Source of the DNA: Candidatus Saccharimonadota bacterium
GTDB lineage: Bacteria > Patescibacteriota > Microgenomatia > UBA1406 > GWC2-37-13
Reading direction: 5' to 3'
Assembly (NCBI GenBank): GCA_016700135.1
Contig: CP065004.1
Coordinates: 780,001-812,000, forward strand
DNA length: 32,000 nucleotides
Below, in pieces: positions 1-6,764 of this stretch (positions are counted from its first letter, which is position 1; each line of letters starts with the position of its first letter). The translations under genes were made by a program, and so were the position numbers. Below the pieces are notes generated by a model, which saw nothing but the letters and a program-made list of their open reading frames with translations, was not told the DNA's origin and did no database searches.

Positions 1-731
1 GCTTCCATATCTCGATCCGGTGCATCTCCTCGAATTGATGCTCCTTCTTCACCAAGAGCTTCCCAACCTTCTGGAAGGCGTGTCTGTTGCGTGGTTTTTA
101 CTCGTAAACCACCATATTGTTGGTCGGCCCATCCTTGATTTTCTGCTCCAAGAACCTGCGCCATATCTTCAGGTGCTATACAACTTGTATCAAGCTGTTG
201 TGGCCATTGTTTATCATCAATCTGCCAGTAGGTAGCACTTAGTGCAGTTACCGATCCTTCGGTTGCTCGATAGGTGTCATCACAGTCCTTGGGCATGTCA
301 TTGACAAGAACAGGGTCACCAGAGGAATATTCTGCACCGCAGGACTCAGCATAGGAATCTACCGCTCCTCCTTCAGGAACGTGAAGCGTAAATGTTCCAG
401 CATCACCTTCATTGGGGCCTGTGACGACAAAGCCGGCATACGCCGATTTATGATCACATGACGTTATTTGCGGCCGAATTCTTGTGCTGGGTACACCAGC
501 GAGAACTGCTCCAAGAGCTTGAACTCCTTCGGTTGTCTGAGGGAATGTGGCTTGCAAGAACAAGCATTTTGCATCAGGATTGAGCAGATCTTCACCTGAA
601 GTTGTATCTGTTGGTTTTCCAGCCTCATCGCCGGTCTTAATGAGATCGTTTAGATTCGGCTTGGCACAGGCACTACTTACAACAGCCAGAAGTGCAAGAC
701 CCGCAATTCTCATCGCTACATTGCGATTCAT
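1..731 (-). CDS. putative lipoprotein; C-terminal part runs off the left edge (partial)
   Basis: My reverse-complement translation from the ATG at 731 stays open to position 1. It is absent from the ORF track because no stop lies in the window. It reads MNRNVAMRIAGLALLAVVSSAC/AKPNLNDL..., a hydrophobic signal peptide ending in a lipobox-like SSAC. Confidence 0.6.
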   Translation of the reverse strand, partial: MNRNVAMRIAGLALLAVVSSACAKPNLNDLIKTGDEAGKPTDTTSGEDLLNPDAKCLFLQATFPQTTEGVQALGAVLAGVPSTRIRPQITSCDHKSAYAGFVVTGPNEGDAGTFTLHVPEGGAVDSYAESCGAEYSSGDPVLVNDMPKDCDDTYRATEGSVTALSATYWQIDDKQWPQQLDTSCIAPEDMAQVLGAENQGWADQQYGGLRVKTTQQTRLPEGWEALGEEGASIRGDAPDRDME

Positions 732-817
732 CAGACGTTGAGGAGGACGTAGTATATCAATCATACTTATATAAGGACTTATAATTGAAGGTATTATACC
801 ACATGAGGCTCTAAATA

Positions 818-1900
818 TCAATATATTGTATGAGTTCCATACATATGGCACTCTTTAGGTAAAATAGATAATAGGTAATCCATAGGTGAAATATTGTTCA
901 GGCTTTTGTGAACTCGCTTTGTATTGTACCAGACGAGGTATTCAATAAGGTGACGATTGAATGATCCGATACCGGTCCACTTGGTATAGATGTAGGGGTT
1001 CATAAATTCTTCCTGGAGTGTTCTGTTTGCTCGCTCAATAAAGGCATTGATCTTGGGACATCTGGGGTAGATAAAGAGGTGTGGGATATTGTTTTCTTCC
1101 AGATAGTCATGGAAGTTTCCCAGATACTCGAGGCCGTTATCTGTTTGTATGGTTTTTATACCATCTTGTATTGGGTATACTAGTTCCAGTCTTCTCATAA
1201 AATCAGCACCGTTTCGGCTGTTGAGTTTTGAGTATCCGTAGGAGAACTGGAATTTGAGTTTGATGTCCACTGCATTGAAGACATACAGCTTGATTCCGTG
1301 TACAAACTTCGTGATGGTATCAATCTCAATGTATCCGGTATCTTCCACCTTGGGAGACCGCTTGACCTTCTGTCGGTACTTTACTTTCCGTTTTGCAAAG
1401 CCACTTGCTGGATTGTGATAGATCCGGTAGGTCTTGCGCTGCAGGTTGTGTCTTTTGATCACTTTTCCAATGGTTGACTCAGATATAGTTGAAATTCCTT
1501 CCTGTAGGCAATACTCATCAAGTAAGGGCTTGATCTTCTCCTTTCCCAAACAAAAGTATTGTTCTCGAATCTCTTTGATAAAGGATATGACCTTCGGGTG
1601 AGTCTCCATACGTCGGGGTGTCTTTGGCTTGGTTGTCTCTGGTATCAGGCTATCCAACTGCCCTTCTGAATCTCGCCGTCTCTTCCTCCATCGAAACAAT
1701 GTCCTTCGTGATATCCCATATGCATCAACTGCAGCTTGTATCCCGTACTTCTCTGCAAATGTCAGAACATCGTTTCTGATTTGTGCTACATCTGACTGAT
1801 TGTAGTCTGATAGAGATCGTATCTTTTTCATAAGATCTCTATTGTACTGCCAGTCATAACTCCTAATTACTCGAAGCTGATCTCCTCCCCATTTACTCAT
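818..1900 (-). CDS. DDE (rve/integrase-core) transposase, IS481-like
   Basis: 360-aa ORF. N-terminal HTH (ISRRTLFRWRKRRR...PKTPRR). Catalytic-core-like motifs are NAVDIKLKF, QTDNGLEYLG, NAFIERANRTLQEEF and YNTKRVHKSL. The single-ORF layout is typical of IS481. Confidence 0.85.
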   Translation of the reverse strand: MSKWGGDQLRVIRSYDWQYNRDLMKKIRSLSDYNQSDVAQIRNDVLTFAEKYGIQAAVDAYGISRRTLFRWRKRRRDSEGQLDSLIPETTKPKTPRRMETHPKVISFIKEIREQYFCLGKEKIKPLLDEYCLQEGISTISESTIGKVIKRHNLQRKTYRIYHNPASGFAKRKVKYRQKVKRSPKVEDTGYIEIDTITKFVHGIKLYVFNAVDIKLKFQFSYGYSKLNSRNGADFMRRLELVYPIQDGIKTIQTDNGLEYLGNFHDYLEENNIPHLFIYPRCPKINAFIERANRTLQEEFMNPYIYTKWTGIGSFNRHLIEYLVWYNTKRVHKSLNNISPMDYLLSILPKECHMYGTHTIY

Positions 1901-1939
1901 AGATGTTAGTTCCCTATGAGTGCCATATCTTTCGTAACT
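832..1939. mobile_element. IS481-like insertion sequence (approximate ends)
   Basis: An 11-bp perfect terminal inverted repeat, ATATGGCACTC (843-853) and GAGTGCCATAT (1918-1928), brackets the transposase ORF. Weaker matches (AGTT..C) extend outward. The transposase stop (818-820) lies just beyond the left repeat. Confidence 0.55.
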
Positions 1940-2097
1940 TATTCACATACGGTGCATGAGAGAGCTATCTAAGGGAAGCATGTATCTGCCTGTATATCCC
2001 ACATCCTTGTTGTTATTCATAAAAGAGGAAATGAGAGCCAAATGACAGTTAAAAAAGGATATATTGTGAACTGTCAGGATTCCTGACAATATTGAGA

Positions 2098-2664
2098 TCA
2101 CGCATCATACTCATAGGGAGATGGAGCTGATACCGGGTGTTCTTCAATCATCCCGAAAAGCTTTTGTGCCGTTACCTGATTGAGGATTGGAGTAATCAAT
2201 CGATCATCTTCATAGACTGAGCGTGTCATGGGAAGACTCAGTTCTGTTGCACGACGAATAGAAAGGGGAGATATTCCGGATTCCTGGAAATACCGTATGG
2301 CAAAAGAATCTGCTTCGGCAATGAGTTCTTGAAGGTCATCTGGGTGATACTTGCCGGCTAAAAGAACCTTGTCCATGAAATGAGCATGGATATCTTCAAA
2401 ATCAAGATGGGTTGCCTCGTCTCCGCCCAGGTTAATAGTAGTTTTCAGCGGTAGATGGGGATAGCGGATGAGCGTTTCTGCTAGCTGTTGCATGCGTTGG
2501 AGAGTAGCTGCAGGATTGCGCTTCAATGCCTCTGTAGCCTCAATGATGACAGGGTTATTTCCAAGAAAATCGACTTGTAAACGCTCTTTTGAACGTTAAG
2601 GCTTTTCTGTTCGGCGATTTCTGAGTAAATCACCTATTGCAATAGGTTGAGTATATTCTTTCAT
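2098..2664 (-). pseudogene. XRE-type HTH protein interrupted by an in-frame TAA
   Basis: ATG at 2664 gives MKEYTQPIAIGDLLRNRRTEKP, then TAA (2596-2598), then the same frame continues RSKERLQVDFLGNNPVIIEATEALKRNPAATLQRMQQLAETL... into the 142-aa ORF 2098-2526. The stop falls inside the HTH-like segment. Confidence 0.45.
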
Positions 2665-2747
2665 ACAGGGTTATTGTATCAGAGGAAAGAGCAAAGGAGA
2701 TACGACTATACGTAACTAATGTTCAAAAACAGGAGTATTAGTCTTTT

Positions 2748-3407
2748 TTATACTCTTTTTCTCAGAGCGATACCTCCGGCAAGTCCCAGAAGGTTGAGGG
2801 CTCCGATTATCAGAAGGGGAGCTCCGGCTTCAGGTGTTGCTGTCGGCGCAGTTCCTTCAGACGTGACAACCTGTTTTTCTACACAGAACTGTGACGTATC
2901 TTCGTCAGTTGCGTTATCAGCAGTTACGACAGCCTTATTGGTCATACACATAAGACCTTTGTCAGCAGGAAGCTGATTTTGAGGTTTTATCTGAGCGATA
3001 ACACGCTCAATTTTTTCCTCTCCGCTTTTCAGTTCAGAATAAGTCCACGAAATTGTTTTTGAATTGGCATCATACTCTCCGGGACCTTCGACTGCATCTA
3101 CAAATGTAGGCAGAATGTCCCGAACGGTCACATTTTTAAGCGTTACATCTGAAGTATTTTTCACCTTAATCTGAAACGTAACCTGAGTATTCGGTGCAAA
3201 TCGGGGATCAGAAGGTAAAAGGTTGTCGACAAATGTCTGTTGACCGCCTTTGGTTTTCTGACCTGTTGCGACCATTTTATCAACCATGATACTGCGCTCA
3301 GGAGCACCGCCGCCGTATTGGCCGTATTGACCATACTGACCGTTGCCTGCAGATACAGCAGGAGCAGTGATAAGCAAAAATGCGATTGCGATATAAATAT
3401 ATTTCAT
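2748..3407 (-). CDS. secreted surface protein with DUF11-like repeat domain and C-terminal sorting-signal-like tail
   Basis: Signal peptide MKYIYIAIAFLLITAPAVSA, then GQYGQYGQYGGG. The motif TFQIKVKNTSDVTLKNVTVRDILP resembles the DUF11 (conserved repeat) domain. The C-terminus is TPEAGAP + LLIIGALNLLGLAGGIAL + RKRV. Confidence 0.75.
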   Translation of the reverse strand: MKYIYIAIAFLLITAPAVSAGNGQYGQYGQYGGGAPERSIMVDKMVATGQKTKGGQQTFVDNLLPSDPRFAPNTQVTFQIKVKNTSDVTLKNVTVRDILPTFVDAVEGPGEYDANSKTISWTYSELKSGEEKIERVIAQIKPQNQLPADKGLMCMTNKAVVTADNATDEDTSQFCVEKQVVTSEGTAPTATPEAGAPLLIIGALNLLGLAGGIALRKRV

Positions 3408-3681
3408 AGTGATAAAATGTCTGTTCGGATCGTCAGTCAGCCAATGGCTGAAAGCCTTTATACGACCCGTAACATAAAAATAATTATCAATGGTGATATT
3501 ATATTATAGGATGTTTAATTTGTCAACTATAGGATAATGTTACTGTTTTAGCTTATTATACCAATATATTAAAAATAAATTAAGAACAATAAATAACTTA
3601 CATCATAATTTTATGATAATAAACCTGTGTAGCAAGAATGTGATAAGGGTGTAAGAAAAAGGTATTGATATAATAGGAAGT

Positions 3682-4275
3682 ATGGTAAAACTGAATTCAA
3701 AACAGCTTCGTGATATTCCTGAGACGGAAGCAGACGCGTTTCGGATTGACCTGAAAAGGAACCCTATCTATCTTATTGTCGAAAATGTATACGATACGTA
3801 CAATATCGGCGGTTTATTTCGGCTTGCCGACGGATTGGCTGTAACAAAGCTTTATTTGTGCGGAGAAATGGAAACTCCACCGCATCATAAGATTGAGAAA
3901 GCTTCAGTTGGGACGTATAAAATTGTTCCTTGGGAGTATAAGGAATCGGCGATTGAAGCTATTGAAGAACTAAGAGCTAAGTATCCAGTCATCCCGACCA
4001 GAGCGGAGGGATCCCTCGACGTTGCTCGGGATGACAAAAAAGGTGTTCAAATACTCGCAGTGGAGCAGTCCGATAACTCAAAAGTATATACAGAGGTGAA
4101 ATATGCGGCACCTGTTGCGCTTATAGTCGGGAATGAAACATTCGGAGTGACGGCAGAGACATTGGCAGCATGTGATCATACTGTTGAAATTCCCATGTGG
4201 GGAATCAATAAATCATTGAATGTCATCGTTTCGGCGGCTATTGTAGCTTTTCATGTGATGGAGAAGATACGCTGA
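3682..4275 (+). CDS. SpoU/TrmH-family RNA 2'-O-methyltransferase
   Basis: NVYDTYNIGGLFRLADGLAV (motif 1), LIVGNETFGVT (motif 2) and EIPMWGINKSLNVIVSAAIVAFHV (motif 3, the knot region). Confidence 0.9.
   Translation: MVKLNSKQLRDIPETEADAFRIDLKRNPIYLIVENVYDTYNIGGLFRLADGLAVTKLYLCGEMETPPHHKIEKASVGTYKIVPWEYKESAIEAIEELRAKYPVIPTRAEGSLDVARDDKKGVQILAVEQSDNSKVYTEVKYAAPVALIVGNETFGVTAETLAACDHTVEIPMWGINKSLNVIVSAAIVAFHVMEKIR
3988..4035. repeat. 48-bp palindromic repeat (fused L/R arms of the GTCATCCCGAC...GGGATGAC family) in frame inside the trmH-like CDS
   Basis: Sequence GTCATCCCGACCAGAGCGGAGGGATCCCTCGACGTTGCTCGGGATGAC. It has 10-bp terminal inverted repeats and a central palindrome GAGGGATCCCTC. Its arms match those at 6365-6393, 6687-6714 and 19999-20067. 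Confidence 0.75.
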
Positions 4276-4424
4276 GCCCGAAGGGGGAATCTCCAGGAGC
4301 CGACGATGGGAATCGAACCCACGACCTTCTTCTTACCAAGAAGATGCTCTACCACTGAGCCACGTCGGCAATCTATGACCTCCCCGCCAGCTGGCGGGGC
4401 GTTCTACCACTGAACCATTCGGGC
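4275..4424 (-). other. split Gly-like tRNA shell enclosing tRNA-Thr (disrupted tRNA or tRNA-like element)
   Basis: 5' piece (4424->4381): GCCCGAA/TG/GTTC-AGTGGTA-GAAC/G plus the perfect 18-nt palindrome CCCCGCCAGCTGGCGGGG plus AGGTC. 3' piece (4294->4275): ..GATTCCCCC/TTCGGGC/T. The acceptor strands GCCCGAA and TTCGGGC are 7/7 complementary. The T arm and anticodon loop are non-canonical. Confidence 0.4.
4298..4369 (-). tRNA. tRNA-Thr (anticodon GGU)
   Basis: Hand-folded cloverleaf: GCCGACG/TG/GCTC-AGTGGTA-GAGC/A/TCTTC-TTGGTAA-GAAGA/AGGTC/GTGGG-TTCGATT-CCCAT/CGTCGGC/T. No CCA is encoded. Confidence 0.9.
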
Positions 4425-4485
4425 ATTGTACTGACTTAAGTCACAATTTTACCATACCGGCACGCTGATTTGATATAGTTAAGGT

Positions 4486-4944
4486 ATGGACTACACAGAC
4501 GAAGATCTGGAGAAACTTCTTGAAAAGGAAAAAACACCTTTCAGCCTATATCTGAAAGTATTTTTCCTCATTGGGATGGTCTCTCTCGGTGCTTTATTTC
4601 TGCATATTTATTCACGAAAAGCACCGGAACCGACTGAAGAAACAGGCTCAAAAACTCTTGAAGCAGTGCTTGGTATGAAAGATCAGATCGTGGGAAATGA
4701 AAAAATTAGGGCACTCACCAAGGAAGTAGAGAACGAAGGTGTTTTTACTGCTCTCAATACAGTAAAAAACGAAGTGCAGGATGAAGCTACAAAAGCCGCG
4801 GATCAGACTATTGATAAAACCACGGACTCAACGATTGATTATATCTATGATAAGACAATCGTGCAGGTAATTGAAAAAATGATTCAAAGCCTTCCAGAGA
4901 GACAACGAGAACAATTCATCGATAGGATGTGCCGGCCTGAATAG
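4486..4944 (+). CDS. hypothetical membrane-anchored protein
   Basis: 152-aa ORF with one predicted TM segment (VFFLIGMVSLGALFLHIY) and a charged coiled C-terminal part. I recognise no family. Confidence 0.6.
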   Translation: MDYTDEDLEKLLEKEKTPFSLYLKVFFLIGMVSLGALFLHIYSRKAPEPTEETGSKTLEAVLGMKDQIVGNEKIRALTKEVENEGVFTALNTVKNEVQDEATKAADQTIDKTTDSTIDYIYDKTIVQVIEKMIQSLPERQREQFIDRMCRPE

Positions 4945-5105
4945 AAACACGACAAACATATTGATTCTTACCAAATTCTTCTTGACAAGCTGGCAGACTA
5001 TCTGCTAAACTGCTAATATAAGTTCGAAATAGCGGGACTTCCGCCTTCGCTATATACGTTTTGAGTTCTTCAGCCTCAAAAACGAAATATTCGCTTCGGC
5101 GGATG

Positions 5106-5148
5106 TTAGAAACAGTAAACTCGCTATTCATTCGTTAACAGTTTCTAA
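5106..5148 (+). promoter_or_regulatory. long inverted repeat directly upstream of the hsp20 Shine-Dalgarno sequence
   Basis: TTAGAAAC (5106-5113) and GTTTCTAA (5141-5148) are perfect 8-bp inverted repeats, extendable to 12/14. The repeat ends 2-3 nt before AAAGGAGGTG and the ATG at 5169. Confidence 0.35.
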
Positions 5149-5168
5149 TAAAAGGAGGTGAAAAACAT

Positions 5169-5606
5169 ATGGCAAATCTGAAACTATCTTCACCGCTTGC
5201 CCGTATGATGTTTCGACCGGTCTTTTCAGAGTGGGATGAAGATTGGCCGCAACCAGCTATGACAGAAGGGCTTGATATATATGAGGAAGATGATACAGTG
5301 GTCGTAAAAGCTGCTGTTCCTGGTGTCCCAGCAGAGAATGTTGATGTCGAGTATGAAAACGGGGTACTTCATATACATGCCAGATATGAAGAATCTCAGG
5401 AAGAGAAAGAAAAGAAAACTGTGGTATACCGACAGGATCGAGTTTCATCGTTTGATTACTCAACCACCCTTCCACGCACTATCGATCCGCAAACTATGGA
5501 AGCACACGTAGAAGACGGTGTTATTCGAGTGAGCGCCAAAGTAGCAGAGGAAGCCAAACGGAAACGTATTCCTGTCAAGGCGCTGGGCGGCGGAAGCAAG
5601 AAATAA
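5169..5606 (+). CDS. small heat-shock protein, Hsp20/alpha-crystallin family
   Basis: Alpha-crystallin-domain pattern (DIYEEDDTVVVKAAVPGV..ENVDVEYENGVLHIHA...F.YSTTLP..ID...MEAHVEDGVIRVS). Strong SD AAAGGAGGTG lies 7 nt upstream. Confidence 0.92.
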   Translation: MANLKLSSPLARMMFRPVFSEWDEDWPQPAMTEGLDIYEEDDTVVVKAAVPGVPAENVDVEYENGVLHIHARYEESQEEKEKKTVVYRQDRVSSFDYSTTLPRTIDPQTMEAHVEDGVIRVSAKVAEEAKRKRIPVKALGGGSKK

Positions 5607-5622
5607 CCCCTTACTCAAAGCC

Positions 5623-5652
5623 AGACGGTCCATCAAGGACCGTCTTTTTTTT
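5623..5652 (+). terminator. Rho-independent terminator after hsp20
   Basis: AGACGGTCC-ATCAA-GGACCGTCT forms a 9-bp stem, followed by T7-8. Confidence 0.8.
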
Positions 5653-5701
5653 GAGAATACAGTTGAATAAAACACGGCTTTTTGATATCCTCTTTACTAC
5701 T

Positions 5702-6352
5702 ATGGACATCAAATATCTTGGACACTCATCTTTCTTCATAAAAACCAAACAGGCAAAAATCGTGACTGATCCTTATAGCGCGGAAAGCACCGGTATGAAA
5801 TTCCCCAAAACTGAGGCAGATATCGTGACTGTTTCGCATGATCACAGAGACCACAATTATATTGAAGGCATAAAAGGGGAACCTTTGGTACTCACCTGGC
5901 CGGGAGAATATGAAAAAAATGAGGTGCGTATCACCGGTTTCAGTACCTTTCATGACGCAAAAGAAGGCACCGAACGCGGTGCAAACGTGATGTACAAATT
6001 CGAAGATAATGAGATTTCACTTCTTCATTGTGGAGATCTCGGTCATCTTCTAAATGATGAAATTACCGAGCAGATAGGGGCCGTTGATATACTTATGGTT
6101 CCCGTCGGTGGATTTTTCACGATAAATGCCGAAGATGCAGTCAAAGTCATAAACCAGATTGAGCCTTCCATGGTGATCCCGATGCACTACAATCATCCGG
6201 GATTGAATCAGGAGACATTCGCAAATCTTCAGGATCTTGCCACGTTTCTCAAAGCAATCGGAGCGGAAGATGTGCAACCGATAGATAAAATAACCGTAAA
6301 AAAAGACCAATTAAACCCCGAAAGTACTCAGGTAGTTGTGTTGAGTATTTAA
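5702..6352 (+). CDS. MBL-fold metal-dependent hydrolase (UPF0173-like)
   Basis: MDIKYLGHSSFFI..., HxHxDH motif (SHDHRDHNY), then HCGDLGH and PMHYN. I prefer the ATG at 5702 over the track start at 5651, which overlaps the hsp20 terminator. Confidence 0.85.
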   Translation: MDIKYLGHSSFFIKTKQAKIVTDPYSAESTGMKFPKTEADIVTVSHDHRDHNYIEGIKGEPLVLTWPGEYEKNEVRITGFSTFHDAKEGTERGANVMYKFEDNEISLLHCGDLGHLLNDEITEQIGAVDILMVPVGGFFTINAEDAVKVINQIEPSMVIPMHYNHPGLNQETFANLQDLATFLKAIGAEDVQPIDKITVKKDQLNPESTQVVVLSI

Positions 6353-6364
6353 TCGGTTATTTTA

Positions 6365-6714
6365 GTCATCCCGACCGTTAGTGGAGGGATCCCTTCAATA
6401 TGAAGAATTATTACGTCTACATCATGGCGAGTGGGTCCGGAACCCTGTATATTGGTATGACAAATGATCTTGAACGCCGGGTATATGAACACAAACATAA
6501 CATAATAGAAGGGTTTTCACAGAAATATTCATGTCACAAATTGGTGTATTATGAGCAATATCAGGAAGTGACAGATGCCATAGAGCGGGAGAAACAGCTC
6601 AAAAAATGGCGAAGATCAAAAAAGGAGTTCCTTATAAGTAAACAAAATCCGGCTTGGGTTGATCTGGGACAAGAATGGAAGTAAAAGGGATTCCTCGACG
6701 TTGCTCGGAATGAC
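6365..6714 (+). mobile_element. GIY-YIG ORF bracketed by inverted hairpin arms (candidate selfish unit)
   Basis: L arm GTCATCCCGACCGTTAGTGGAGGGATCCC (6365-6393) ends 6 nt before the ATG. R arm GGGATTCCTCGACGTTGCTCGGAATGAC (6687-6714) starts 2 nt after the TAA. The arms are imperfect reverse complements, and the same arms occur without an ORF elsewhere. Confidence 0.6.
6400..6684 (+). CDS. GIY-YIG nuclease-superfamily protein (small stand-alone type)
   Basis: YYVYIMASGSGTLYIGMTNDLERRVYEH...KLVYYE....A..REKQLKKW is the classic GIY-(x10)-YIG..R..E.N pattern. 94 aa. Confidence 0.9.
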   Translation: MKNYYVYIMASGSGTLYIGMTNDLERRVYEHKHNIIEGFSQKYSCHKLVYYEQYQEVTDAIEREKQLKKWRRSKKEFLISKQNPAWVDLGQEWK

Positions 6715-6764
6715 AGAATATTATTGTTAATTTTTTTCGGCATAATTTAATCTCTCGAATATCA

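Noticed and set aside
20-741. Plus-strand ORFs 20-235 and 547-741
   Set aside because: They are antisense to a continuous minus-strand reading frame (1-731) that has a convincing lipoprotein signal peptide.
4383-4400. Perfect palindrome CCCCGCCAGCTGGCGGGG considered as the terminator of the trmH-like gene
   Set aside because: tRNA-Thr lies between it and the trmH stop, and no T tract follows on either strand. It fits better as the aberrant anticodon-arm position of the outer tRNA shell.
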